Notes under the pieces: generated by a model
Told to the model about the DNA's origin: nothing
The model's input: only the letters and a program-made list of their open reading frames with translations
The model's database searches: none
In this document: piece after piece, positions 1-10,173 of the stretch
Layout: the number at the start of each line of letters is the position of its first letter
How positions within the stretch are numbered: the stretch's first letter is position 1
Program-made: the position numbers and the translations under genes
Assembly (NCBI GenBank): GCA_963664115.2
Contig: CAXWPJ010000001.1
Span: 53,844 to 117,843, forward strand
Direction: 5' to 3'
Length of the DNA stretch: 64,000 nt
From: Terriglobia bacterium
GTDB taxonomy: Bacteria > Acidobacteriota > Terriglobia > 20CM-2-55-15

Positions 1-891
1 TTCGAGAGCGGGAAGCGCGGCCCAGTCCAGCGATGGGACAGGCGACACCTTTCGTTCTGGATACGTGAGTGCGTATTGGATCGGTCCCCGCATATCGGCT
101 ACGCCGAGCTGAGCCACAATCGAACCATCGACAAACTCGACCATGGAATGGATGACAGACTGGGGGTGGATCACGACATCGACCGACGAGGCCTGGATGT
201 CGAATAGCCAGCGGGCTTCGATAATCTCAAAACCCTTGTTCATCAACGTCGCTGAGTCCACCGTAATACGAGGTCCCATCTTCCAGGTCGGATGCTGGAG
301 AGCCTCTTCCGGGGTCACATTCGGGAACTCGGCAATGGGTCGGTTCAAGAACGGCCCACCCGAGGCGGTCAGGATCAGGCGGCGCACTTCCGGTCTCCGG
401 CCCGCGCGCAGACACTGGGCGATTGCGTTGTGTTCGCTATCGACCGGTAGAATGGTTCCTCCGTTTGCGTCTGCCGTTTTTCGCAGCAGCTCGCCAGCAA
501 TGACCATCGCTTCTTTGTTTGCAAGCGCAACTGGTTTTCCCGACTGCAGGGCGGCGTATGTCGGTTCCAATCCAGCGGCACCTACTGCGGCGGAAACGAC
601 GATATCCACGTCGGGGGAAGCGGCAAGTGAGCGGAGCCCTTCCGCGCCGTCCAGCACCTCGGGAACCTCGACATCGAGCGCCGCACACTCTTTACGAAAG
701 GATTCCACCTGTGAGGAGTCGGCCACAGCCACGGTGTGTGGCCGATAGCGGGCCGCCTGTTCGGCCAGAACACTCACAGACCGCCGTGCAGCCAGGCCGA
801 CGACCTTGAGTTCGTCCCCCAGGTTATCGACGACGTTCAGAGTGTTGCGGCCGACCGACCCGGTCGATCCGATTATGGCGATGCGTTTCAT
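1..891 (-). CDS. dxr: 1-deoxy-D-xylulose-5-phosphate reductoisomerase (3' end runs off the window)
   Basis: Manual translation from ATG at 891 gives MKRIAIIGSTGSVGRNTL (NADPH motif), LANKE, PVDSEH, LTASGGPF, HPTWKMG and TVDSATLMNKGFE. Follows uppS-cdsA. Confidence 0.95.
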   Translation of the reverse strand, partial: MKRIAIIGSTGSVGRNTLNVVDNLGDELKVVGLAARRSVSVLAEQAARYRPHTVAVADSSQVESFRKECAALDVEVPEVLDGAEGLRSLAASPDVDIVVSAAVGAAGLEPTYAALQSGKPVALANKEAMVIAGELLRKTADANGGTILPVDSEHNAIAQCLRAGRRPEVRRLILTASGGPFLNRPIAEFPNVTPEEALQHPTWKMGPRITVDSATLMNKGFEIIEARWLFDIQASSVDVVIHPQSVIHSMVEFVDGSIVAQLGVADMRGPIQYALTYPERKVSPVPSLDWAALPALE

Positions 892-914
892 TTACTCATC
901 TGTTCATTGGGACT

Positions 915-1691
915 TCACCCCAGCAGCAGCAGTAGATAAAATACGGGAGCAGCGAAGAGCAGGCTGTCCACGCGATCCAGGACGCCGCCATGCCCTGGCA
1001 AGCGATTTGATGAATCCTTCACACCCACACTGCGTTTGAGTGCCGACTCATACAGATCACCGGCTTGTCCGGCGAGTGCCGTAATTAATGATATGAGAGC
1101 CAGCCAGAAGTACGATGTGCCCACCAACATTCCACCGAGTCCGACGCCTGCCACCAGACTCGCAGCCAACCCGGCAACGGCTCCTTCGACCGTCTTGCCC
1201 GGACTGATTCGGGGCGCTAAACGATGGTGTCCCCACCGGCGGCCGATGTAGTAGGCGGCGGAGTCTCCGGCCCAGATTATTCCCAGAACCACGAAGACCG
1301 CAAAGCGCGGCAAGAGGATAAGAAATCCAAGGAGCAGGCAGGTATAGAACAGACCTCGAAGGCCGTTCGCGAAATGCCGCAGAGCCGGGCCCGGGGAATG
1401 CGAAGCGAGTGCCGTGATCATCAAGAGGAGCGCAGCCATCACGAACATCCCGAGCGTCGACACGGGAGGGCCGAGAAAAGAGAGCGTGAGCCCAGCTCCA
1501 ACAGGAATAAACCAGTGGCCCGGACGGCTCGTCTCCGGCTTCGAATTCTTCGATGTGCCCAGATCAAGGAATTCATCCAGCGCCAGTACGCCCACCAGCG
1601 CGACGAGTGAAGCGAAGACCCAGTCCGATCCCCAGTACGTCACGCCGAGCACGACAGGGATCCCCGCCGCGGCGGTCAGGACACGATTCAT
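915..1691 (-). CDS. cdsA: phosphatidate cytidylyltransferase
   Basis: Motifs DSAAY, SPGKTVEG, GDLYESALKR, KDSSNRLPGHGGVLDRVDS. Start moved to the ATG at 1691 that overlaps the uppS stop. Confidence 0.93.
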   Translation of the reverse strand: MNRVLTAAAGIPVVLGVTYWGSDWVFASLVALVGVLALDEFLDLGTSKNSKPETSRPGHWFIPVGAGLTLSFLGPPVSTLGMFVMAALLLMITALASHSPGPALRHFANGLRGLFYTCLLLGFLILLPRFAVFVVLGIIWAGDSAAYYIGRRWGHHRLAPRISPGKTVEGAVAGLAASLVAGVGLGGMLVGTSYFWLALISLITALAGQAGDLYESALKRSVGVKDSSNRLPGHGGVLDRVDSLLFAAPVFYLLLLLG

Positions 1692-2467
1692 CGTGAGATG
1701 GGAATGCCGACGCCACCGGCGCGTTCTGCTAATCCGCCATATCGGCGTTCGCGTTTCTGAAATGCAATAACGGCCTCGTATAAATGCTGCCGTCGAAAAT
1801 CGGGCCAGAGCGTATCTGTGATCCAAATTTCCGAATAAGCGATCTGCCAGAGAAGAAAATTGCTGATACGAAGTTCTCCGCTAGTTCGGATCAGCAGGTC
1901 CGGATCGGGGAGGTCTGCTGTGTAGAGTCTGCGGACCAGATCTTCTTCTTTGATGCCGTCGAGCAAAGCCGGGTTTTGCTTGGCCTGGGCCAGAATCGTA
2001 TTTACGGCGCGAATTATCTCTGCGCGGCCGCTGTAGTTGAGCGCGACGTTAAATCGAAGCCCTGTATTCGACCGCGTTCGGTCGACGGCATTGTCCAACT
2101 CCCGCTGAATCGCTGGGCCCAACTCGTCCGTATCACCCAGGGTGTTGAAGCGGATGTTGTTGCGATCGATGTTGTCGAGTTCCTTGTCGAGATACTCACG
2201 CAGGAGGCGCATCAGCGTTTCGACTTCCCGTTTCGGACGCTTCCAGTTTTCTGTGGAGAAGGCGTACAGGGTGAGTGCCCCAATTCCAAGTTCCGCGGAA
2301 GCCTCGAGAACATCGCGCACGGACTCGATTCCGGCGTGATGCCCGGCTACACGGGGGAGGCTGCGCCCCTTGGCCCACCGTCCATTCCCGTCCATGATAA
2401 TTGCGATGTGAACAGGCAAGGCCTTGGGATCGATCAATTGGATCAGGTCTTGCCCGGGATTAGACAT
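1688..2467 (-). CDS. uppS: undecaprenyl diphosphate synthase
   Basis: Motifs HIAIIMDGNGRWA, YAFSTENWKRP, DLLIRTSGELRISNFLLWQ. Confidence 0.97.
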   Translation of the reverse strand: MSNPGQDLIQLIDPKALPVHIAIIMDGNGRWAKGRSLPRVAGHHAGIESVRDVLEASAELGIGALTLYAFSTENWKRPKREVETLMRLLREYLDKELDNIDRNNIRFNTLGDTDELGPAIQRELDNAVDRTRSNTGLRFNVALNYSGRAEIIRAVNTILAQAKQNPALLDGIKEEDLVRRLYTADLPDPDLLIRTSGELRISNFLLWQIAYSEIWITDTLWPDFRRQHLYEAVIAFQKRERRYGGLAERAGGVGIPISR

Positions 2468-2559
2468 AAGAAAGGCTATGTTACCACTTCATCCCGTTAG
2501 CGCTGTAAGGGCCTGTCAGAGGTCAGGTGTGAAATTCGGAAGGCGATCGTCGGGCAGCG

Positions 2560-3294
2560 TCAATACTCGACAGACACTAAATGGAGGCCTTTGGCGGGAA
2601 CAGTCGGGCCTGCGCGTTGCCTGTCTCTGGCTTCAAAAATACCCGGAATTTCTTCCGGATTCAATTTGCCCCGGCCGACTTCGATCAGTGTTCCCACGAT
2701 CGTTCGGACCATGTATTGCAGAAAACCGTTCGCGCGTATCCGGAAAACCCATTCTTCACTGCTCCTCTCCCATTGTGCTTCGTAGACCTCCCGTGTGTGA
2801 CTCTTCTTGGAGGTGGCCGCGGCAGAAAAGGATGTGAATTCATGTCGCCCCGGAAAATAACGGGTGGCCTGATCAACGGTGTCCGGATCGAGATGTTGCC
2901 AAATCGAATGCACGTACCGGGAATGGAATGGGGAGACCACCGTCGATCGCCAGACATGATACTCGTAGGTTTTGGCACGAGCGGATGCCCGCGCGTGAAA
3001 ATCAAGAGGCATCTCCTCAACGGATGTGACCCGGATCTCGGGAGGTAACAACGCGTTCACACTACGATGGAAAGCATCGGTGTCGATGGCCTTTTCAGTC
3101 AGAAAGTGTGCGACCTGCCCCTGCGCATGTACGCCCGCATCGGTGCGTCCTGAGCCGTGGGTTGTGATTTCATGATCCAGAATGTTTCCGATCGCTCTCT
3201 CCAACTCGCCTTGAAGCGTCCGGACACCGGGTTGGAGCTGCCATCCATGAAAGGATGTGCCGTCGTAGGAAAGGGTTAACTTGAGGTTTCGCAT
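2560..3294 (-). CDS. truA: tRNA pseudouridine(38-40) synthase
   Basis: Motifs YDGTSFHGWQ, GRTDAGVHA, FLQYMVR. Start MRNLKL chosen. Confidence 0.95.
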   Translation of the reverse strand: MRNLKLTLSYDGTSFHGWQLQPGVRTLQGELERAIGNILDHEITTHGSGRTDAGVHAQGQVAHFLTEKAIDTDAFHRSVNALLPPEIRVTSVEEMPLDFHARASARAKTYEYHVWRSTVVSPFHSRYVHSIWQHLDPDTVDQATRYFPGRHEFTSFSAAATSKKSHTREVYEAQWERSSEEWVFRIRANGFLQYMVRTIVGTLIEVGRGKLNPEEIPGIFEARDRQRAGPTVPAKGLHLVSVEY

Positions 3295-3387
3295 GTGAAA
3301 GAAGCGACGCACTATAGCATAACTCGTGACGCTCCTTTTCCCGAGCGCCCGTAGGGAGACACTCCGCTTCTTCGGTATACTGCGGTC

Positions 3388-4224
3388 GTGGATCTGGCCA
3401 TCGCACTGTTGTTCGGACTCTGTGTCGGGAGCTTCCTCAACGTCTGTATCGCCCGCATTCCATTGGACATCTCCGTGGTCAGCCCGCGTTCCCGCTGCCC
3501 GAAATGTGAAACGCTGATTGCCGGGTACGACAATGTCCCTCTGCTGAGTTACGTGATCCTCGGTGGGCGGTGTCGGAGTTGCCGGACTTCAATCTCGCTC
3601 CGATACCCCGGGGTGGAGGGTTTGACCGCCATCATCAGTGTGTTGCTCGCCAACCAGTACGGCCTGAGTGTGTCATGGGCCGTTTATCTTGTTTTTTCGT
3701 CTTCAATAATCGTTCTCGTACTGATCGATCTGGACCACCGCATTCTCCCTGACGTAATCACCTTGAACGGAATATGGATCGGGATATTGATCAGCCTCTA
3801 TCTCGCGTCTCCCAGCCCGTTTGCCGCAACCCTTTACGCTTTCGCGGGCATTGGGGTGTCCAATCCATATGTCCTTGCGCTCACGGCGAGTCTGGCAGGT
3901 GCAGGCTTTGGTGGGGGGCTGCTCTGGTTTGTCAGGGGAGCTTTTTTCAGGGTCCGTGGAATAGAGGGCATGGGGCTCGGAGACGTCAAGATGATGGCGA
4001 TGGTCGGCGCGTTCCTAGGCTTACCGCTCACATTGCTGACCATTCTCCTGGGATCGATTCTGGGTTCCATCATAGGACTCGCCGTAATTCGGGCTTTTGG
4101 CAAAGGGCGCCACTACGAACTCCCTTTCGGCACCTTCCTCGGTGGAGGTGCAATCGTGGCGGTGCTCTATGGCAACGATCTCATTCGCTTATATTTAAAA
4201 AATTTCTTCCCTCCAGCTTCCTAG
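3388..4224 (+). CDS. pilD: prepilin peptidase / N-methyltransferase
   Basis: Motifs GSFLNV, PRSRCPKC, GRCRSC, GMGLGDVK, PFGTFL. Confidence 0.93.
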   Translation: MDLAIALLFGLCVGSFLNVCIARIPLDISVVSPRSRCPKCETLIAGYDNVPLLSYVILGGRCRSCRTSISLRYPGVEGLTAIISVLLANQYGLSVSWAVYLVFSSSIIVLVLIDLDHRILPDVITLNGIWIGILISLYLASPSPFAATLYAFAGIGVSNPYVLALTASLAGAGFGGGLLWFVRGAFFRVRGIEGMGLGDVKMMAMVGAFLGLPLTLLTILLGSILGSIIGLAVIRAFGKGRHYELPFGTFLGGGAIVAVLYGNDLIRLYLKNFFPPAS

Positions 4225-4371
4225 GGTTAGCCGTTTCGGGCTGCTTGGATAGGACCGGGTGTGGGAGGCAGCCCCTATTTCGCTTGCCCTTTCGACGCCA
4301 TTGACGTTTCATTTGAAGTTGGCACCAGCACTGTCCCTAAGACATACTTCAACAAGGACTGAAACTTTAGA

Positions 4372-4833
4372 ATGGAGCCACAGGTGCGAACATCGGGTTG
4401 CGGCAGTCAAAAGGGCATGAGCATGTTCGAGCTCTTGATCGTATTGTCGATCATTATGGTGATTATGGCGATGGCCCTGCCGCAAATGTTCAGCGTTCGG
4501 GAAGACTATCGATTGACAGCCGTGGCGACCGAACTTGTGGGTTATGCATCGAACGCGCGGATCCTGGCGATTACAGAAAACTCAGATTTCCGGGTGACCG
4601 TCATCGATTCCGATACCTACGCCATCCAGGAAGACATCAGCGGCACCTGGACAACGGACGCCAGTTACGACCTGCCGAGCGGTTTCAGCATTGCTCCGGC
4701 AAATGCCAACGAGACAGCCGAATTTCATTCGCGCGGGAACGCGACACCGGTGACAACGTTTACGATCACGAATCCCAACAACAATACACGCGATGTGGTT
4801 GTCTCATTGTCGGGACGCGTCAATGCGCAATAA
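4372..4833 (+). CDS. type IV minor pilin / pseudopilin (FimT/GspH-like)
   Basis: Class III signal KG|MSMFELLIVL with E5 and a hydrophobic helix; C-terminal SLSGRV. Confidence 0.8.
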   Translation: MEPQVRTSGCGSQKGMSMFELLIVLSIIMVIMAMALPQMFSVREDYRLTAVATELVGYASNARILAITENSDFRVTVIDSDTYAIQEDISGTWTTDASYDLPSGFSIAPANANETAEFHSRGNATPVTTFTITNPNNNTRDVVVSLSGRVNAQ

Positions 4834-5281
4834 TTATAAGGATCGCGTGGAGCGCGGCTTCACCCTGATCGAAACCCTGGTCGCGACGGGCATTCTGGTT
4901 TCGGGTTTGGTGGCGGTTGCATATCTGTTCACCTTCTCGATTCGGACGAACATGATGACGGAACAACAGACTTCGGCCACGCTGTTGCTCTCCAACAAAA
5001 TGGAAGAGTTGAGAGGCACGTCATTTTCCAGCCTGACCGTAGGCGGTGGACTCGACGCCAGCAGTCCGACGACGAGTTACTGGGATTACGTTTCGATCAG
5101 TACCAGTGGCGCGATCACCTCTGACACGAGTACCACGGATGCCACCTACCTCCGGCTCTGGCAAGTCGCGGGAACGAATACAAAAGTGGTTTCCGTCGTT
5201 GTTTATACGCAGAACGCCCGCATCGGCATGCAGCAGATGGAGTTGGCCCGTGCCAGCACGGAGGTCACCTCGGGTTTCTGA
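4823..5281 (+). CDS. type IV minor pilin (PilV-like)
   Basis: Prepilin motif RG|FTLIETLVA; overlaps neighbouring genes. Confidence 0.8.
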   Translation: MRNNYKDRVERGFTLIETLVATGILVSGLVAVAYLFTFSIRTNMMTEQQTSATLLLSNKMEELRGTSFSSLTVGGGLDASSPTTSYWDYVSISTSGAITSDTSTTDATYLRLWQVAGTNTKVVSVVVYTQNARIGMQQMELARASTEVTSGF

Positions 5282-6168
5282 TGGAACGCAGACACAAGAA
5301 AAAGCAGTCCGGCTTCTCGCTGGTTGAACTTATGTTGGCGATGTCGATCACGCTTGGCATCGGAATCATCGTCTTCCAGATGTTTCTTCAGAACGAGGGC
5401 GTGTTTCAGGACCAGACCATGGTCATGGAGATGCAGCAGAGTGTCCGGGCCGTGGCGTCGATGATCGCTGACGAAGCCCGGCTTGCCGGCCAGGGTGTTC
5501 CGGTGTACAGCGCGGCACAGGACACGACGACAGTCGAGGCGGCCCAGGTGTTTCTGGATGGGACCGATTCTGATGACCTTCGATTCCGTGCCGGAATCCG
5601 AAACGCGGCCACGACCGTCACGACCCCGCTTGTCTATAGCGGGACGACAACGGTCACGGTCGCTGATGTGAGCGGCATCAATGCCATTGTTGGCACAGAC
5701 GCCGATTATTTTGTATATCTGTGGGGGCCCACAGGCAACACGTGGACTTGGCTACGCGGGGAGGTCTCCAACATCAGCACCGGATCCAACCAGCTCGACG
5801 TTGCGTTGAGCCAGAATAGTGGGCAGGGCGCAACTTTTTCGAGTGCCCCTCGTCTGGCTCTGGAGGAAGGCATATCCTATCGGCTCAACAGCGGGTCTGT
5901 GATGCGAGGGACGACGACCGATTTCAGCAACCTGACCGCACCCACGTTTTCCGAACAGACGATAGGCACCAACTTTACGGCTTTGACCTTCACCTACTAT
6001 GACGCAGCGGGCGCCACCGTCTCGCCTACGACGCTGGCTCTTCGATCCACGATCCGCCGGGTCGATCTCGTCGTCGGAGCACAAACTTCGGGGACCCTTT
6101 CCGGTGGCTCGGTTGATAATTTCGCGATCACGCTGTCTGTCTATCCCCGCAATCTTGCCGTTAACTGA
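5281..6168 (+). CDS. type IV minor pilin (PilW-like)
   Basis: Motifs SG|FSLVELMLA and EARLAG; ends in PRNL, typical of PilW/GspJ-like proteins. Confidence 0.8.
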   Translation: MERRHKKKQSGFSLVELMLAMSITLGIGIIVFQMFLQNEGVFQDQTMVMEMQQSVRAVASMIADEARLAGQGVPVYSAAQDTTTVEAAQVFLDGTDSDDLRFRAGIRNAATTVTTPLVYSGTTTVTVADVSGINAIVGTDADYFVYLWGPTGNTWTWLRGEVSNISTGSNQLDVALSQNSGQGATFSSAPRLALEEGISYRLNSGSVMRGTTTDFSNLTAPTFSEQTIGTNFTALTFTYYDAAGATVSPTTLALRSTIRRVDLVVGAQTSGTLSGGSVDNFAITLSVYPRNLAVN

Positions 6169-6334
6169 CAACTTCGGGCGGAACCCTGCATTTCAGGTAC
6201 TGCGGTCATAGCTTTCCCAGAGTGAAATCCGTCTTCCTAAATTTCTTGAGTCAGAAGTTTGCCGCTTAACAGGATGTCCTAGTCCGATCTGATCGTCTTC
6301 TTACTCTGCCGCCTCGGCTGCCGCCTCGTTGTCC

Positions 6335-6365
6335 ACCCGCACCGTCGGAACGGTGCGGGTCTTTT
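6335..6365 (+). terminator. probable intrinsic terminator of the pilin operon
   Basis: Perfect 11-bp stem ACCCGCACCGT-CGGA-ACGGTGCGGGT followed by CTTTT. Confidence 0.55.
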
Positions 6366-6395
6366 CAGGGCATGCCTCAACCTTTCGCCGATCCC

Positions 6396-6427
6396 AAATA
6401 AGCCTCGCAATCAGGATGATTGCGAGG
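6396..6427 (-). terminator. probable intrinsic terminator of the aroB-menG operon
   Basis: Perfect 11-bp stem CCTCGCAATCA/TGATTGCGAGG followed by CTTATTT on the minus strand. Confidence 0.5.
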
Positions 6428-6539
6428 GTCGCCGGTCGTTCGGACAGGATGTCCGTTTTAACGGCCGAGCGAAATCTTGTCCCTTCGGCGAACCGGTCGG
6501 ATGACGTAGTGTGCCGGACCCGACTTCAACCACGATCTG

Positions 6540-7268
6540 CTATGACCCACCCTGCTTTGTGCCCCAGTGCAGCGCTGCGACGCCGCCCGTAAGGTTCCGG
6601 TATTGGACTCTTTCGAAACCGACGGACGTGATTATGGCGGCGAGCTCACTTTGGGATGGAAAGCGGCCGACGGAATCGGGTAGGTACTGGTAGGGCCCCT
6701 CGGCTCCAGATATCCAGGCGCCAAGACGGGGCAGGATGTGGCTGAAGTAGAACGCGAATACTGATCGAAACACCGGCAACACCGGTCGCGAGAATTCCAG
6801 TATGACGCAGCTCCCTCCGGGTTCAAGGACGCGATGCATTTCCTTGAGTCCCTGCTCGATGACCTCCACATTACGCAGACCGAATGCGATGGTTACGAAA
6901 CGGAAGGTGCCCTCACGAAACGGAAGCGCCATCGCATCCGCATCGCTGAGTTTGCTGGTCGACTGGTTCGGGCCCGATCCGAGCTTTTCCTGTGCGTGGA
7001 GCAGCATCGGATGACAGAAGTCCGCCCCTACGACCTGGAGGCCAAGCCGACGCTGGAGTTCAAGCATCAGATCGCCGGTGCCTGTGCAGAGGTCGAGGCA
7101 CATGTCGTCCGGGGAGGGTTCCATCGAGCGTATCAGGCGGACCGTGCGCCGCCGCCAGGATCGGTCGATCTGAAACGAAAGCAGCCGGTTCAGCAGATCG
7201 TAGCGACCGGCGATCGCTGCGAACATTCTCTGGACATCGGGCCCGGGTGGAGCCCGGTATGCGTTCAT
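6540..7268 (-). CDS. ubiE: demethylmenaquinone / ubiquinone methyltransferase
   Basis: Motifs YDLLNRLLS, LDLCTGTGD, TIAFGLRNV, ILEFS, YQYLPDS. Confidence 0.93.
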   Translation of the reverse strand: MNAYRAPPGPDVQRMFAAIAGRYDLLNRLLSFQIDRSWRRRTVRLIRSMEPSPDDMCLDLCTGTGDLMLELQRRLGLQVVGADFCHPMLLHAQEKLGSGPNQSTSKLSDADAMALPFREGTFRFVTIAFGLRNVEVIEQGLKEMHRVLEPGGSCVILEFSRPVLPVFRSVFAFYFSHILPRLGAWISGAEGPYQYLPDSVGRFPSQSELAAIITSVGFERVQYRNLTGGVAALHWGTKQGGS

Positions 7269-8332
7269 TGGGACACGCTCCGGATAACTGTAGCGACGAG
7301 CTTCGGAGAGATACCCGCCTCTACGTCCACCTTGCCGACCCGGCGCGGCAGTACGAAATGAATGCTTCCGTCACGAATTTTCTTGTCATGTCGCATCGAC
7401 TTCATCATTTCCTTCACGGGCAGATCCGCGATTGAAGGCAAGGTGCCGATCGACTGGATCGCCGTGACTATCCTGGACGCTTCGTTCCCGCTGATGCGTC
7501 GCAGCTGTTGGGCAATCCTCGTCGCTGCGATCATGCCGTGCCCGACAGCCTCGCCGTGCTTGATTCCGCGGTAGTGTGATGCGGCTTCGATTGCATGACC
7601 CAGCGTGTGTCCAAAGTTTAAAATTCGGCGCAACCCGTTTTCTTTTTCATCGATCCCTACGACATCGGCTTTGATTCGCAGGCACCGGTAGACCAGGTCC
7701 TCCAGAACCCGCGGTTCTTTCCGAAGGATTGCCGGAAGGCGGCGTTCGAAGTGATCAAAAAGATTCCGGTCGCGGATCACACCGTACTTGAGAGCTTCCC
7801 AGAGACCGCTCCGATAATCCCGTTCCGGGAGTGAAGCGAGCAGCCCCGGATCGGCGATGACCAAGGGTGGCTGATGGAAGCACCCGATGAGGTTCTTGCC
7901 TGCTGCATGGTTGACGCCTGTCTTTCCTCCCACGCTGGAATCGACCTGGGCCAGAAGGGTCGTGGGTACCTGGACAACCGCGATACCTCTCAAGTAGATG
8001 GAAGCCGCAAATCCTGCGACGTCACCCACGACTCCTCCGCCGAGCGCTATAACAGTGGATTGCCGGGTCAAGCCCAGTTCGAGCATGGCATCGATCAAGC
8101 GGCTTACCGTTCGGAGTGTCTTGGCACGTTCCCCATCAGAAATCGTCACAATCGGGTTTCGACCCAATGGCCGCTTTCCGACGTGGCTGAGCACCTTCTT
8201 CTGGGATACAACCATGAAGGGCGGCCCGAGGCCAGCGTCCGCGAGGTGCTCCATTATGTTCTCGTATGCACCGGTGCTCACAAGAATCCGGGACTGTGAT
8301 GCTTTAAGCTTCAAAGTTATTTTCTTCATCAC
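7265..8332 (-). CDS. aroB: 3-dehydroquinate synthase
   Basis: Motifs GGGVVGDVAGF, PTTLLAQVDSSVGGKTGVN, LNFGHTLGHAIE, HGEAV. Confidence 0.97.
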   Translation of the reverse strand: MMKKITLKLKASQSRILVSTGAYENIMEHLADAGLGPPFMVVSQKKVLSHVGKRPLGRNPIVTISDGERAKTLRTVSRLIDAMLELGLTRQSTVIALGGGVVGDVAGFAASIYLRGIAVVQVPTTLLAQVDSSVGGKTGVNHAAGKNLIGCFHQPPLVIADPGLLASLPERDYRSGLWEALKYGVIRDRNLFDHFERRLPAILRKEPRVLEDLVYRCLRIKADVVGIDEKENGLRRILNFGHTLGHAIEAASHYRGIKHGEAVGHGMIAATRIAQQLRRISGNEASRIVTAIQSIGTLPSIADLPVKEMMKSMRHDKKIRDGSIHFVLPRRVGKVDVEAGISPKLVATVIRSVSQ

Positions 8333-8339
8333 ATAAACG

Positions 8340-8368
8340 AAACGGGCGGCCTATTGGGCCGCCCGTTT
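8340..8368 (-). terminator. intrinsic terminator downstream of ctpA
   Basis: Hairpin AAACGGGCGGCC-TATTG-GGCCGCCCGTTT, with T-rich tail on the minus strand. Confidence 0.7.
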
Positions 8369-8396
8369 ATAGACAAAAAGGTCCGGAACTGATCGA

Positions 8397-9989
8397 TTAC
8401 CTGCGTTGAGCTATTTCACCGCGTGCTCTTGCGGCCAGATTTCCGGCCTCAGGTAAGAGTTCCAATGCGGCCAGGATTTGCTCATCTCCCTCCAGGAGAA
8501 CCCGGGTGGCCTCCGCCACTCCAAAACGGCTGTAGAAGATTTCGTATTTGATCTTCAGCGCAACGTAGTCTTGATTTTCGGCGACAGCAGCGTCGGTGAT
8601 CTCAATATCTCTTTCCCGGATGTGTGCGATGAAGTCGGCTATCATTTCATCGGACACCTCGAAGGACAGATCGACGACGGGGTTGTCTTGAAGGAAATCC
8701 TGGGCATAGGTATAGAAGACGAAACGTTTGTCCATCACATCCTGGGACTCGTTTAACTCGCCCATCGAAACCAGTTCATCGGGAGTGATGCCGCCCCCGC
8801 CATACACAATCCGTCCCAGGTCCGAGTACTTGATGTCGTCTTCGGAGGGAGCGGGTGGTGTGCCGCGCTGGTTGTAGTAGTCGAATTCGGAAATCGTCGA
8901 GTAGTCCCGTTGAATCAAACGCCCGCTGGGCGTATACCACTTTTGTGTCGTCAGTGCGAGGCCGGCTCGTTTGTTCAGTGGAAAGACGGACTGCACCAAT
9001 CCTTTGCCAAAACTTGTTTCACCGACAATGAGGCCTCTGTCGTGATCTTGAATCGCCCCGGCTACTATTTCCGATGCACTGGCACTTTGGTGGTTGATGA
9101 CGACTACGAGCGGGTACAGGTTGTCGTCGTTGTCACGCTTAGACGCGTAGGGACGATTGGATCCGCTCGTCCGTCCTCGAGTTTCGACGATAGTTTGATC
9201 TTTCTGGAGAAACGTTTCCGAAACATCAATGGCCTGTTGCAGGAGCCCACCCGGATTCCCGCGAAGGTCAAAAATGAGCCCATTGAGGTCGGCGTCGCGC
9301 AGGTCTCTGAGCGCCGCTCGGAGCTCGCTGCCGGTGGACTCTGCAAAGCTTTCGAGTTTGATGTAGCCGATACCGTCGCGAATGTGAAACGCGCTACTGA
9401 TCGTAAACCTGGCGATTTCGTCGCGGACAATCGTGATTTCCAGGGGTTCGTCCACGCCCGGTCTCGCGATCGTCACGTCCACGGGTGTTCCCCGGGGTCC
9501 CTTCAATTTGCCAACAACTGAATTCAGATCAGACCCTTCGGTGGCCTCTCCATTCACATGGCTGATCACATCACCGACCCGCAAGCCGACCTTTTCAGCG
9601 GGTGCGCCGGGGAATGGCGGCGAAACGACCGTGACCTTGCCGAAGCGGCTGCTCACAGTGATTCCCAGACCAAAGTAACGTCCCTGCTGATCTTCTCTGA
9701 GCCGTGTAAAATCGTCAGGCGTAAAGAACTTCGAATGCGGATCCAGCGTCCGCAGCATGCCGTCGATTGCCCCGTAGACGGCGGTCTCCGGGTTTACCTC
9801 CGTCGCGTGATTCTCTTCAACCAGGCTCAGCAAGGTTGTAAATGTCTTGAGAGCGTCATCCAGTTCTTCCTCGACTTCTTCAACTCTCACCCGGGCTTCG
9901 AGTTGCGTACCGTAAAGACTTCCGAACAGCGCAATGGCACATAGAATGGCGGTCCAGAAAAGTATTGTCCGGGATGATCGTAGCTTCAT
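8397..9989 (-). CDS. ctpA: S41 family C-terminal processing protease
   Basis: LDPHS, a PDZ domain (GLGI), DLRGNPGG, SASASEIVAG and SFGKGLVQ. Confidence 0.93.
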   Translation of the reverse strand: MKLRSSRTILFWTAILCAIALFGSLYGTQLEARVRVEEVEEELDDALKTFTTLLSLVEENHATEVNPETAVYGAIDGMLRTLDPHSKFFTPDDFTRLREDQQGRYFGLGITVSSRFGKVTVVSPPFPGAPAEKVGLRVGDVISHVNGEATEGSDLNSVVGKLKGPRGTPVDVTIARPGVDEPLEITIVRDEIARFTISSAFHIRDGIGYIKLESFAESTGSELRAALRDLRDADLNGLIFDLRGNPGGLLQQAIDVSETFLQKDQTIVETRGRTSGSNRPYASKRDNDDNLYPLVVVINHQSASASEIVAGAIQDHDRGLIVGETSFGKGLVQSVFPLNKRAGLALTTQKWYTPSGRLIQRDYSTISEFDYYNQRGTPPAPSEDDIKYSDLGRIVYGGGGITPDELVSMGELNESQDVMDKRFVFYTYAQDFLQDNPVVDLSFEVSDEMIADFIAHIRERDIEITDAAVAENQDYVALKIKYEIFYSRFGVAEATRVLLEGDEQILAALELLPEAGNLAARARGEIAQRR

Positions 9990-10113
9990 GTGAACCCCTT
10001 TCGAAACGAGTGTGTCGATTATAACAAAAGGACTCGGACAAATTCGAGGAACAAATCCTTTGTTTTGTGAGGATCACGGAATGCGATCCCCCGTTTGTTG
10101 AAGGAACTTTAAT

Positions 10114-10143
10114 TTGACGCCATTTCACGCCTGCCGCTATGAT
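10114..10143 (+). promoter_or_regulatory. putative sigma70 promoter of tatAC
   Basis: TTGACG-18 nt-TATGAT upstream of a GGAGG RBS. Confidence 0.45.
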
Positions 10144-10173
10144 GAATTGAACTTTTGTCTGGAGGAATGTTTT

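Noticed and set aside
143-748. 201-aa plus-strand ORF in the track
   Set aside because: It is the antisense shadow of dxr, which the track missed because dxr runs off the window.
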